A stretch of DNA of 64,000 nt from Octopus sinensis (Eukaryota): assembly GCF_006345805.1 (NCBI RefSeq), contig NC_043006.1, positions 12,276,001 through 12,340,000 on the forward strand. Reading direction: 5' to 3'. Position numbers and translations under genes: made by a program. This document shows, piece after piece, positions 39,258-52,382 of this stretch. The notes under the pieces are model-generated. The model saw only the letters and a list, made by a program, of their open reading frames with translations. It was not told the DNA's origin and made no database searches. Each line of letters begins with the position of its first letter. The first letter of the stretch is position 1.

Positions 39258-40849
39258 CTGTTTTTACTATTCAGCGGCTCGCAGTAAATAAAATGCGGAG
39301 TGACCGCGCTAGGCAGTGATGAGTACAAACACATACTTGTTACCAGTTTCAAATATGATTGAAGCTCAGACAAACGTGTATGAAAGTCGTTCACTGAATT
39401 TTGTCAGGGAAAACAATTCTCAATGTATAAATAAATGTAAATACTCCGAGTCAGTTCAGAGCAATCCCTGGCCATATTAGTTTTTTGATCCGCTACTAGT
39501 ATGCAACTCCCATCTTTCTTTACATAAGCCTCCCAACATTGTTTACATAAGCAAAATACCTTCCAGGACACAATCGTTTTTTATATTTATCTGGAATTTA
39601 GCATTTTAGAGTTGCAAGCAAATGATTAGGAGGTGAAAACAAGTAAGAATAAATGTCGTATTTGGAAGTTTTACTAGTTGTATACTTTCCATTTATAATT
39701 TAATAAAATATGAATATATAAGTGAGAATGATATGCCAAAACTTCGTTTACACAATCTCTGCTTAGAATAATTTTTGTGGTCTGCAAGTGACCTGGTCTC
39801 AATTTTGTTAGTTATAGAAGGGTCTACATGTATCCATTGTGACTCCCCAATCGAGGCCCGGATATAGAAATGCCTGGAGATGCACGCATAAGTGACAAAG
39901 AACTAGAAAAAGACTAAAAATTACAGACTACTAAGAGACGATTCATTAAAGCATGTCATTTGTTATAAAGATCAATATTTTTTCGATCTATGGTATACTC
40001 ACCATATCACATTCATTCTTCCTTCTCCGAAAATATAGAACAATAAAACCAAGCGAGAAGTTTTTGAATAGTCAATTAGCGTTTATCGCATTTAAGCGAG
40101 TGAAATGGCAACTATTCATATCGCAATTCTGAACACGATTGAAATATTTCTGAAAACTTTTATGACGGATAAAGTATCAGCCGCTTTAGCAGTCATTCCA
40201 GATTCTCTGCTGAAACCTCTATTGGCATTTTATTTTGCCAACTCACAGTTACCATTTTCTTTCTAATTCTTTTGTAATTCTATAATGCAGTTTCCCCAAT
40301 GAACTGCATTACAAAACCAGTTCTTTATTAATTACAACCGCTCGCTGTGTTTTATATCAAGTAGCCGCATCTTGCATTGACAAAGTTACATTGCAGGAGG
40401 GAAAATCTCCATCTTCGTGGCTTGCCAATCCACTCATGCAAATGGTTCTATCATCTATTATCTAATACATTTAACACATGTGTATCGCCTACTTTAATAA
40501 ATCTATATGACGCTCTTTCTACAAGAACATACAAGATGCATTCGATAAGTTTTGACCCTCTTTTTTTGGCAGATGTAGTTATAACTATCCTAAATAACTG
40601 TAATATTAGTATATCATTATTGTGCAATTAATAAGCTAACCTTTCAGATTTTGTTACTCCAGATTGAAGAGGATGGCTGTAACAGCATTTTGGACGTATT
40701 CTGCTAAATACAGCTTCTCACAGTTGGCTATTTTGCTGAACGCAGTCGGGGCGTGAAGAGAAATAGAAACCTCAGTATGCAATAAACTGGGTGGGGGAAA
40801 TGCTACAGAAGCTAATAAAATGCCCCAGACTGCTAATGGAGTAATTTGA

Positions 40850-41424
40850 ATGAACCGAGTACTTGTTTCATCCTGGCACAAAAAGCCAAGCAACGCAAGC
40901 TCACTGGAAAGATCATGATGATCCGACTTTTTCGACAAGAAGGGCATCATCTGTATCCGCCGGAATCCCTCTGGAAGCCGTTCGACAAGGGGTACTTTGT
41001 GGAGGTTTTGTGGGAGTTTTCCTCACAAATGTCCAGAGCGCCTGCACTAGAATAATGCAGCAGTCCACAATTCCATCTTGATAACCAACTGCTTGACAGA
41101 GTTGGGCACCAAAACTGTCCCTTACCCTCTATACAGACCAGTCCTTACTCCCTGTGACATCTTGTTATGCTCCAACCTTAAGGGAACGCCCAAGGCAGTC
41201 GTTTTCAAGTTATTAAGATGATAAACGAACCTGTGAAAAGGTTCTGGATACCTTCACTCTAGATTACTTCTATGGTGCCTTCACTAAGCGGCTTGAGTGC
41301 TACAAGACGTGCAATGAAGTGAGGGGTCTTATTTTGATGGAAATTAGATTTTTCTATTTTTATGAAATCAACAAAAGTGTCTCCTGGAAAAGTCTCCTGA
41401 AAATTTCTGGAATGCACCATGTAG
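40850..41424 (+). mobile_element. Decayed mariner transposon, 3' half
   Basis: KAKQRKLTGKIMM, KGYFVEVL, VPYPLYRPVLTPCDILLCSNLK (degenerate HPPYSPDLAPCDFWLFPKLK), KRLECYKTC...YFDGN*, then a TIR-like end ...TGGAATGCACCATGTA. Confidence 0.82.
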
Positions 41425-41775
41425 CTCGAAAGTATTCCACTGATACAAGCGAAGTTCTGCTTCTAAATTTTAAAATAGTGCTGACAGCATATAATCCTAA
41501 CATATAATTGAGAACTAAGTATGGCATGGTATACAGAATAGTACTACTAACGTTTATAGCCCCAGGAAGACATTCACTCCAGCTGGCTAACGGCACACAT
41601 TCTGTGTTCGATTAGTATTTGCTTGTGATTAACAGACGCTGCAGTTTATATCCCGCTCAGAGAAATAATATAGCTTATTTATCCTTTTTCGAGACTAGCG
41701 ATAGTGCGTCGCTGGGGAAAGTATATAGTATTTTGCGAGAGGAATGAGTTATCATCCCTAGCTTGTCATTAACAG

Positions 41776-41823
41776 GCGCTAAGGATGGGTAACCACTCAG
41801 AAACTCGAGTCCATGAGTATCAC
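41776..41823 (+). CDS. Candidate 48-nt exon (phase 0 to 0)
   Basis: gcttgtcattaacag|GCG...CAC|gtaagg; only one frame is open (ALRMGNHSETRVHEYH). Splice signals only. Confidence 0.2.
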
Positions 41824-42139
41824 GTAAGGCTAGAGATGGGAGCGATTAGCCAGATGAAGGAGATGTCTTCCTGAGCGCTATAAACGTCAGTAGCTCTGTC
41901 CTGTAAAGGATGCCACACTGGGTTGACAATTGCATATTACGATTCCGCAACGTAACTGTTTATATCTCGCTCAGAGACTTAATATAGCTTATGAACGTAT
42001 ATATATATATATATATATATAAACTAGAAAGAAGAAAATTCAAAGATATTCAAATCAATTTACGAACACTGAAAACAGGTAAAAACCGGAGAACTACGAT
42101 GCAAACATCATTTAAAGGATTATAGGCCCTTGGCAAAAT

Positions 42140-42195
<56 letters not shown>

Positions 42196-42671
42196 AATGT
42201 GTGCGCGCGCATGAGTATATGTGTATGTGTATATGCGTGCGTGCGTGTACTTTGTGTATGTGTATGCGTGTTTGTGTGTGTGTGTGACTGGATTTCTGTT
42301 TCTATAATCGGGATTGAAATGTTTGCATAAATTTAGAAATCTATTTTATATTTTATATTTTTAATTCGTATATTTAATTTTTTAATGACGAACACCAAAT
42401 TCCTGTGTTTCAATAAAATCAACTCGTTAATTCATTGTAGTGAAATATCCGTATTTAGTTTCAAATTTTATGATCGAAATCTAAATTTGAAAAATGTTGT
42501 AAAATGATATTTTTGAACTCTTATCACATGAAAAACTGTTTGAATTTTAAATTGGGCCAAGCTATCATACATGATGAAATGTGAAGATTTCACAGAAATA
42601 ATTGATTGCAAACATTAGAGTGAATCATCAAAGTTCATGTCAGGCTATAAATTAATTTATCACATCAAACG

Positions 42672-42750
<79 letters not shown>

Positions 42751-43045
42751 GTATACATGGAAGTTTTAATTCAATTATTTGATAATTTAGTGTTCATTTG
42801 ATGGCCATTAGAGATCATTTAAAATTTATATAAAACTTTACTCAGTAAATATTTTAATTTTCGATAGTTGTCAAATATTTTTACTGGTTTATCACAAAGT
42901 TTATGAAAACAGAATTTGATATTGTGTTAACCGATTCTTAACTAAGTGTTATTAAAACCAATATTTCAAAATTTGAAAGGTTTTTAACCTGGTTTATTAT
43001 TACGGTTGCGTGTATGTTACATGTTTACATTATGTTTATCATATA

Positions 43046-43440
43046 GGTGCAGGAGTGGCTGGGTGGTAAGTAGCTTGCTAACCAACCACATGGTTCCGGG
43101 TTCAGTCCCACTCCGTGGCAACTTGGGCAAGTGTCTTCTGCTATAGCCCCGGGCCGACCAATGCCTTGTGGGTGGATTTGGTAGACGGAAACTGAAAGAA
43201 GCCTGTCGCATATATGTATATATGTATATATGTATGTGTGTTTGTGTGTCTGTGTTTGTCCACCTAGCATTGCTTGACAACCGATGCTGGTGTGTTTACG
43301 TCCCCGTAACTTAGCGCTTCGGCAAAAGAGACCGATAGAATAAGTACTGGGTTTACAAAGAATAAGTCCCTGGGCCGATTTGCTCGACTAAAGACGGTGC
43401 TCCAGCATGGCCGCAGTCAAATGACTGAAACAAGTAAAAA
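43046..43440 (+). mobile_element. SINE family B, full length
   Basis: GGTGCAGGAGTGGCTGGGTGGTAAGTAGC ... GGTTCAGTCCC ... ATGACTGAAACAAGTAAAA. Confidence 0.92.
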
Positions 43441-43818
43441 TGTAAAATGTAAATGTATTAGTTCAATAATTTCAAGTACACGATCAGCCATTGCTGCGTA
43501 CACTTCTCTCTGCGGTCCTTTCTCTCTCTCTCTCTCTCTCTTTATAGCTTTTATTTCTATAGCTCCTCAGGACAGAAATCCCTCAAGTGCTTTTAACAGC
43601 CACATGCTTAACGTCTGGAGCATATACTCCACACCACGTATCTAATTGTTTGCGGTTCTGCACGACTCTAGAATCGTCCACTGATTTTCTGTGGTTATTT
43701 GAAGATAAACCCATACCGATTCATTTTGACCATATAGCATTTTTCATCCACCAAGCCCACAACTTCCTCATCCCACTTTGCTCAATAACGATGACAATAT
43801 ACTGAGTGTGAATGTCAC

Positions 43819-44216
43819 GGATCTATTCGGTTTAAAGGGCAGTTTTTAAAAATAATTTCCACGTAACTAAACACTTTTAAACTTCGTATACTGGTAGAAT
43901 GTGTTTATAAAACATTTTTTCTCTTGGCTTAATTGAGAAAATTCTATAGTTTGTAAGATATTTGTAGTGTTTTTTCTTCGATTTCTGCAATTTCAACCAA
44001 TCAATGCCGTATGAATATGTCCCTCGTTTAAGAAACAGATTGGGTTTATTTACATTTCTGAAGAAAAAAAGATAGCCTTCCCCCCACCCCTAACCCTAAC
44101 TAACCCTAACCCTAAAACAGATTGAAATGCAATAGATCAATATTAGGGTCAAAATTGTGGGTGACAATTTCATATGACACCGCTTGAAAAATCTGCCGTT
44201 CAAACCGAAATGATCC
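43819..44216. mobile_element. Non-autonomous DNA transposon with GG termini and 8-bp TSD (Merlin-like)
   Basis: About 29-bp imperfect TIRs GGATCTATTCGGTTTAAAGGGCAGTTTTT / AAAAATCTGCCGTTCAAACCGAAATGATCC; perfect TSD AATGTCAC at 43811-43818 and 44217-44224. Confidence 0.85.
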
Positions 44217-45096
44217 AATGTCACTGCTAATAGATTTGGTAGTTATTCTTGCATTGCGCTGATATATCTGTAGCCGTTAGACTCCACTCTCTATATCGAA
44301 AACATGACAGACACTTTCATAGGCCCTAATCTATGCAACGAATGACACAGCATCCCATGTGTTCAGTAAGATTTCCTTTAGGTGGCATTTTGGTGGTACA
44401 TGAACACCTCTCCACTTTTTTCCGAAGCATAGCTGTGTCAATTTTCTCTTTGTAGCACATACGAAGATTGTTTCGTATATAATAAGACATACGGATTTAT
44501 ACACACCAGTCACACTTCCTTCTATTACAAGATTTTATGTGAAAAACTTTGAGTGTGTCTAGGCGTGTCGCCCAAACTATTTTCCGTGGCATTTACAATT
44601 TTGAGAGAGAGAGTGTGTGTGTATATGTGTGTGAGTGTGGGCATGAGTATGTACGTGTGATAATTTTCGTTCTGTTATTGTTGTTAAAATTGTCGCAATA
44701 AATGTTTCCTTTGCATTAAAAACTTTTATGATTTGTTATAAAATATTTTTGCCTATTTTTCTTTCCTTCTTACGTTTTATTTTTGTTTAACGCTCATAAA
44801 AAAATATGTTAGTTCTGGTTCCAAATTATTGGGCGTTCAACCTGTATAAGAAAGCGATTTTGCTTCTTTACGAATGAAAATGAGAAAATATTTTTTCGCA
44901 AAATTACAGACACTTTTTCCCCCCCGCAAAAAAGCAAACTAAGACAAACAATTAATTAATTATATTTCTATGAAAAACTTCCGGATGAAAGAAAGCAGAT
45001 TTCCAATTAATTTCACTCGAAATGGGGTGGGGGGCACGGAACACGTCGAATTGCGATGAACACAATAGCAGACGCAACATCGACATCGATAGCACC

Positions 45097-45128
<32 letters not shown>

Positions 45129-45218
45129 CAAAGGGAGCATCAGTAACAAGAACAACAATATTAATCATTTCTACAAAGGCACAAAGCCTGAAATTTTGTG
45201 GGAGAGGATATATTTATA

Positions 45219-45251
<33 letters not shown>

Positions 45252-45303
45252 GTGTGGTATATATATATATATATATGTGTGTGTATATATATATATATAA
45301 ATA

Positions 45304-45350
<47 letters not shown>

Positions 45351-45405
45351 CATATGTATATTCATATATGTGTATATATGTTTGTATATGTATATATATA
45401 ATATA

Positions 45406-45440
<35 letters not shown>

Positions 45441-45460
45441 CATATATATATGCATATGTA

Positions 45461-45496
<36 letters not shown>

Positions 45497-45966
45497 CATA
45501 CATACATAATACATATAAATGTGCGTGTTTGCATGTACTCACGTGCATGTGAATGTACAAAAGAAGGCAATAGAAAAACCCTCGCCTGTCCATGTGTGAG
45601 ATACCGGCGTTTAGGTAGCCAAAGATTTCGACTCCTTTCTGGTATTTCCGAAAATGTCTATGAGAATCTCTGGCACACCAAGCTCTTCTTGCTCAGTTTA
45701 TCGGCAACAGACTAAACTTTTCAACGGAAACTAAAGATTAGACGTCATAATCTTCACAGCTGAAAATGGCACCGTGCTGAACAGTCACATAGAAATAAAT
45801 GACTGAAGTGGAGGATTCATTTGCTACCCCAGCTTGAGCTCTCAGGAATATCTTTTCTCTGTGAAATTTGACGCCTTCATCCTCGTCGCAACTCCTAATC
45901 CACTTCGGTGTCGTATCTGAACTAAGACCCCCTTCCCATCCTCTTTACACGATAATTGGCGTAGAG

Positions 45967-46154
45967 CAGTGCTCTGAATCCGGTATGCAGCGGCACACTG
46001 GTATACCACGAAGCAATGCTAAGTGTGTCACAGTTTAACCTGAATATAATCTTTTTCCCCTATTCCTTTAGGTATACTTTTTAAGTCAAGTGTGCCGCCG
46101 AATTCTGATAAGAATGTAAGTGTTCCGCAAGTGAAAAACCGTTGCGGAGCATTG
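45967..46154. mobile_element. hAT-type MITE
   Basis: Starts CAGTGCTC, ends CCGTTGCGGAGCATTG; 8-bp flanks GCGTAGAG / GTCTAGAG (6/8 identical), the latter fitting the nTCTAGAn target typical of hAT-Charlie elements. Confidence 0.65.
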
Positions 46155-46240
46155 GTCTAGAGACCCATGACGCTTATGTCATGAGTCCACCCCTTTATAT
46201 TCCGACATGCAAGTCCAATTAATTGTCCTGATTGATGTAT

Positions 46241-46457
46241 ATTTCTTTATTGCTCACAAGGGGCTAAACATAGAGGGGACAAACAAGGACAAAGAAACGG
46301 ATTAAGTCGATTACATTGACCCCAGTGCGAAACTGGTACTTTATTTATCGGATGAAAGGCAAAGTCGACCTCGGCGGAATTTGAACTCAGAACGTAACGG
46401 CAGACGAAATACGGCTACGCATTTCGCCCGGCATGCTAACGTTTCTGCCAGCTCACC
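46241..46457 (-). mobile_element. SINE family A with a small internal deletion
   Basis: Family A sequence. Confidence 0.9.
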
Positions 46458-46479
46458 TAATTCGGTTAACTCTATTACA

Positions 46480-46830
46480 GTGTTGATTTCCTCAAATTTC
46501 TATGTACCAGACACTATTACAGTAATATCGTCCGCTTATACCGGCAAGGTATTCCCGCATCTTCATGCAAGTAGTTGCACCTCGATACTTTCAGATTTTG
46601 CATCTGTGGTTCAACAACGCGAAGCTACGAAACCGGTGAGAGAGGATACGATTTTATGGGCCGAGCTTGCGATTCATATATTTTCTTTACGAAGCAGATG
46701 TCGCTGTACATCCAGATTTAAATACGTAACTGAAACCAGCTGAAGTAAGAACTGCATTCAAATAACGGTGGTTCACCCTGTCAAAAGCTTTGCAGGAATC
46801 CAATTCATCAGGACCCCATCGAAGCTAGAA
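46480..46830 (-). mobile_element. Decayed L1/Tx1-type reverse transcriptase fragment
   Basis: Minus strand: KAFDRVNHRYLNAVLTSAGF, then a degenerate ..YPLSPV.. block and *ADDITVIVS (YADD with the Tyr codon mutated to a stop). Confidence 0.65.
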
Positions 46831-47427
46831 TTAACCACACATCTGTGGAGGATTACTGAGTGTTGCACATGACTGCGCGCTCCTTGACAACATTATCAAC
46901 GAGGAAACCAAAACCTTTGGAAGAACAATAGTGAAAGTCTTCGATACAGTGTTTGTGAGTCAAAGGCAATGCTATTCCACATGTCCTTGTTCTTCCACAG
47001 CAATGCTAGTACCCTTGTCTGACAAAGCTGAGAATGTTCCTATGATGAGGCGACATAAGGTTCTATGAATGTAATGTAATGTATGAATGCATGTAATTAA
47101 ATACGTTACTTTGTTTCACGCTAATGCGATCGTCAGGCAAGAAAATCTACACCTCGGATTAGTAGTGTATTTATAGCATTAAATGTGTGGTCAGTGGTGT
47201 GAAGATCGAGTCACGAACCGAACCCTCACACTCAGTTTCATTACAAATCATATCCCCTACAACATGTATTGAGTACTCGTTTCTCATTCGTTTGACATAA
47301 CTCGATATATGTGAGTGTATGTGAGGCTGTGTATGTGCGTGTGTGTTTGTGTGTATGTGTGTGAATGTGTGCCTTGCGAATGTGTATGTGTGGGTGTGTC
47401 TACATATACATGTTTATATACAGACGC

Positions 47428-47473
<46 letters not shown>

Positions 47474-47545
47474 CATATATGTCTGTATGTATATACATTT
47501 GAACAAACACATACACATATACGTTCGTGTATTTATGTGTATGCG

Positions 47546-47604
<59 letters not shown>

Positions 47605-48779
47605 CTGTTTGTATATATATGTGTGTGTATATTATCGATTAACGTCCCTTTTCTATGAAGTCTATTGAAGTCAATATTGCCAATATCGTTCAATCACTCA
47701 AGAATTATTATTTTTTCATTCCATAAAGGTAGTTTCTTTTATGCTGTTATTATAAAAATGATAAAGATTAATAATGATGTTATCCAATCAGACATACGTG
47801 GGAGAAAAAATATCGGTGGATTAAGATAGTATGACCTTTGGGGAATATACTCTTTAAAAAAAAATCAATCAATGATTTCGTTGCCAAAGAACTACTCTGA
47901 CTAGAGTCACTTTACAAAACACTGTAGTAACACGGATGTTCATGATGAAGAAGAACTGTTTATGAAACAAGATATTTTCCCAAACTACCATTGCTGGATC
48001 AAATATCTAAACAAATTCTCCTGCGCCAACATACGTAGTGTCCGTATATTTGCGGAAAATCTAAAGTCACTCACTAATAAAAAATATATTCGTTGGGATG
48101 ACAGGGTATATTTCTTCTTTTTTATTTTCCTTCAAAAGAAACAAAAAAGTTTTAATCAGCAGCTACGATGCAGTGTCATGTGATTCAGGAATTTAGAAAT
48201 ACAATTTTCTTTGGTATTATATGGAATTAGAAATTATATTCCTCTTAAAAAAAAATCTGCTGTATCCTTGTATTATCTTAGTTTCGTGATTAAATCTATC
48301 TAAACATGTTACTCACGTTTGGTTATGTTTTAGTTCTTTATAATATATATTTGTGTTTTACTTAATTTAATCGAACACCTGACAGAATATGAGTGTTTCT
48401 ACTTCACCCAAGCTATGCATGGCATGTAAGGCTATTTTCCAATATAGCCGTCTTAATCATTTTTATCATTTTCCTGGCAAAGACATCTCACTACCGTTTT
48501 AGTTAACTCAGAAATGCAATTATCGTTAAGGCTTAGTGTTTATTAAAATTAAAACTACCGATACTTTTTCAAAACGTTTAAAACTCGTTGCATCTTTGCT
48601 CTGCAATAGATTTCCCGGAATCAAATGTATTTAAGGCATGATTTGTTGTCAACCACTGTATATTTTTCTCTTTTAAATGCTTTAGTAGACACTTTATATT
48701 GTCTCTTATCAATTCTTTGAAAATGGTTGAAGTCGTAAAAAAATATAATCATTGGCTGAGTACGCTGTTTTATGGTGTC

Positions 48780-48850
48780 TGGTGGGCTTTGTTCGCTGAT
48801 GACGTTACATTCACCTGCACTTCGGTTGCAGATTTAGCTTTACTGATAAT
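48780..48850 (+). mobile_element. Possible short LINE RT remnant
   Basis: ALFADDVTFTCTSVADL resembles the RT FADD motif; very short. Confidence 0.3.
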
Positions 48851-48861
48851 CATGTCTCCTA

Positions 48862-48897
<36 letters not shown>

Positions 48898-49550
48898 CAA
48901 AAACGAATGCTGTACTGCATCTTGTTATCATTCACCCTACTGCTGTTGATACAGCAATACGGTTGCAATTACTAATGATACGCCGCTGTTCATGTGCTGT
49001 GTTTGGCTATCTCTTTATACTTCCTATATCTCAAATAGCTCGCGGTTAGATGGCAGAAATGGTGAAAAGGCAGACAGTAAATTAAATGCCTTGTAATATA
49101 TATTTTGATCTCATTAGATTCTGAGAGAAAAACCCGCAGGAATCTTGTTTATCTTTGATCCATTTGGGGTGAGTAGAGAATGATTCAATTCTTTCCAACA
49201 AGAAAGAGATTTCTATCTCACTATGGAAGCTTTACATAATACATTTCCTAGGATTTCGTAATATGAATAATATGAGTAATATGAAGTAATATGAACCTGG
49301 GCATCGTCATTCTTATTTTTAGTATCATTATTATCACCCAGAAAAACATTACTATTTATTGTTGGCAGAATCGTTAAAGCGTATTTGTTCCTGCTCTGAG
49401 TTCGATTCCCACGGAAATTCACTACATCTTTCTTTCTTTTGGGATCGATAAAAATATTATTCAGGTTCAGGGATCATTATAATTGACGTGCTACCATCAC
49501 AGTAGTTGCCTTCTCCGAAGCAAATTTAGAATTATTATTATCATTATTAC

Positions 49551-49618
<68 letters not shown>

Positions 49619-49639
49619 ATCATGACCATCATCGTCGTT

Positions 49640-49930
49640 ATTATTAATGCTATTCACCTTTAATCTGCATGCTTGTTACAATCACTTGTCGAGACGCCCC
49701 CAGTGTCTTAGGCGATTGAAGGATAAGAAATATTACATTATGACTGAAAGCTTGGGGAGGGAGAGTGGCAGGGGCAGTAGAGAAATATCTTCTTAGTAAT
49801 ACAACACACATTTAAATTGACAAGACATTCCTAAAGATCTGGGCAGTACTAGTCACCACAATCTTTTGGATTTCTCTGAGACATGGTTCTCCTGGGATGT
49901 TATCTACATGATTTTGATATCCCTTTTTAA
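49640..49930 (-). mobile_element. RLE-type LINE 3' end (third family) next to an (ATT)n array
   Basis: VKKGYQNHVDNIPGEPCLREIQKIVVTSTAQIFRNVLSI* parallels the QKIALLGTAHILRRALSIQ* end at 22352-23218; its 3' UTR recurs at about 50790-50870. Confidence 0.65.
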
Positions 49931-49981
49931 CATCATCATCATTATCATTATTATTACTATTGTTGTTGATGTTGTTATCAA

Positions 49982-50117
49982 GGCGGCGAGCTGGCAGAAT
50001 CGTTAGCACACCGGGCAAAATGCTCATCAGTATTTATTTCTTTTTTATTGTGAGTTTAAATTCATCCGAGGTCGACTTTGTCTTTCATCATTTTGGGGTC
50101 GTTAAAATAGTTACAAT
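49982..50117 (+). mobile_element. Degenerate SINE family A
   Basis: GGCGGCGAGCTGGCAGAATCGTTAGCAC ... GAGGTCGACTTTGTCTTTCATC. Confidence 0.75.
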
Positions 50118-50738
50118 AGTGTGTCTTCTCTTGCAGTTCCTGATAATTAGGTCATTAATGAAGAGCTGATCCATCGATTTCCGGCTCATCTTTCGGTACC
50201 CTTTCTTTTCAATAGGTAACAGCCCACTGTTTCCCAGGTATCTATACAGTTCAACGGTCAAAGAACCTGAGATTATTTTCCTTTTATTATTATTATCATT
50301 ATTATTATTATTATTATTGAGAGAGAGAGACGGAGAGAGAGAGCAGTGCTTGCCATCAAAATGACACTGGAGTACAAATATACAACGCCCAGTATACCCA
50401 TCGTGACTACCCTTCTGATGAGGGTAAACCAGGTACTTGCATCATTAGCTTATGCGCGTGACATCGCGGCAGGTGGGGCCCAGTTAGAAATTTCTTCAGG
50501 TCCCCGGATAAGGCTTGTTTTGAGAATGATGAACAGAACACCTCTGTTTCCAGGGGTGAATTATTCAAACCCCAAAGAATTCGTTTCAACACATGGCAAT
50601 GACGCTCCCCCAGTACTTCTGCTCGATTTCAGAGATACACGCATCGTCAGCCACTAAGGGATATGCTCAACTTTTTAAGGTCAACCAACTGTGGTATTGA
50701 GCAGAATATTTACTGTAGCCCATCTTTTATGCCAAGAA

Positions 50739-50786
<48 letters not shown>

Positions 50787-50878
50787 TTTTTATCCGCATC
50801 TTTGTTATAGCCACTTGCCGAGACAGACCCAGCGTCCTGGGTCGAGTGAAGGATAGAGATTATTATTATTTTTATTTT

Positions 50879-50932
<54 letters not shown>

Positions 50933-50940
50933 CCCCACTT

Positions 50941-51050
50941 AAGTTCAAATTCCACCGAGGCCGACTTTGCCTTCCATCCTTTCGGAATCGATTAAGTACC
51001 AGTGAAACAGTGAAGTCGAAATTTCAGGCCTAGTGCCTTTAGTAGAAAGT
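50941..51050 (+). mobile_element. SINE family A fragment with the variant tail
   Basis: GTTCAAATTCCACCGAGG...AAGTACCAG...AAATTTCAGGCCTAGTGCC, as in the 20891-21051 unit. Confidence 0.75.
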
Positions 51051-51060
51051 ATTATTAATA

Positions 51061-51133
<73 letters not shown>

Positions 51134-51403
51134 TGTTATTATTATTATTATTTAACTCAATAAACATTATAACTATCAAAGTTAATATTGATAATCTTGA
51201 TAATAATACTTAACGGGTAAAATGTATTGAGGTAATTAGTTATATCTCATTAATTCTGAATTCAAATCCCCGCAAGGATCCATATAATCTTTCATCATGC
51301 CGGTATCACATAAAATACCACTCAATAACTGGAATTCATTCAATTCCCTTTGTTATCCTTTTCTATATAATGTTTCCATACGTTTGAAATAACTTTAGCC
51401 ATA

Positions 51404-51803
51404 GGCGCAGGAGTGGCTGTGTGGTAAGTAGCTTGCTTACCAACTACATGGTTCCGGGTTCAGTCCCACTGCGTGGCATCTTGGGCAAGTGTCTTCTGCT
51501 ATAGCCCCGGGCCGACCAATGCCTTGTGAGTGGATTTGGTAGACGGAAACTGAAAGAAGCCTGTCGTATATATGTATATATATATATGTATGTGTGTGTA
51601 TATGTTTGTGTGTCTGTGTTTGTCCCCCCCCACCATCGTTTGACAACCGATGCTGGTGTGTTTACCGATAGAAGAGACCGATAGAATTAGTACTGGGCTT
51701 ACAAAGAATAAGTCCCGGGGTCGATTTGCTCGACTAAAGGTGGTGCTCCAGTATGGCCGCAGCCAAATGACTAAAACAAGTAAAAGAGTAAAAGAGTAAA
51801 GAG
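51404..51803 (+). mobile_element. SINE family B with internal deletion and (AAAAGAGT)n tail
   Basis: Family B sequence. Confidence 0.92.
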
Positions 51804-52020
51804 TATAGTAAATATTCCCAATGGTATTCAACATACGTTCATTTCACAGAATGAGTTCAAATTTCACTCGATTCGGCTGTTTTTCATGCTTTCGGAGTTA
51901 CTTGTTCTTTTACAATTTTCAACCTGAAATTGTGGTCATACTACAGCACCGTTTTGAGCATAATTATCATTTCCTTTCATTTTATTATGCTGTCTCTCTC
52001 TCTCTATCTATCTATCTATT

Positions 52021-52253
52021 TTATTTGTTTTACTACCCACAAGGGGCTACACACAGAGGGAACAAACAAGGACAGACAAACGGATTAAGTCGATTACATC
52101 GACCCCAGTGCGTAACTGGTACTTATTTAATCAACCCCGAAAGGATGAAAGGCAAAGTCGACCTCGGCGGAATTTGAACTCAGAACGTAGCGGCAGTCAA
52201 AATACCGCTAAGCATTTCGCCCGGCGTACTAACGATTCTGCCAGCTCGCTGCC
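52021..52253 (-). mobile_element. SINE family A, full length
   Basis: Family A sequence, abutting (TA)n at 52254-52380. Confidence 0.92.

Positions 52254-52382
<129 letters not shown>

Noticed and set aside
46800-46815. CTGATGA on the minus strand (also + strand near 48796)
   Set aside because: Both fall inside RT coding remnants and lack the other ribozyme elements.
50410-50670. CTGATGA (+) and CTGACGA...GAAA (-) within the 50340-50735 block
   Set aside because: No GAAA follows the first, and the second has no stem II or stem I pairing.
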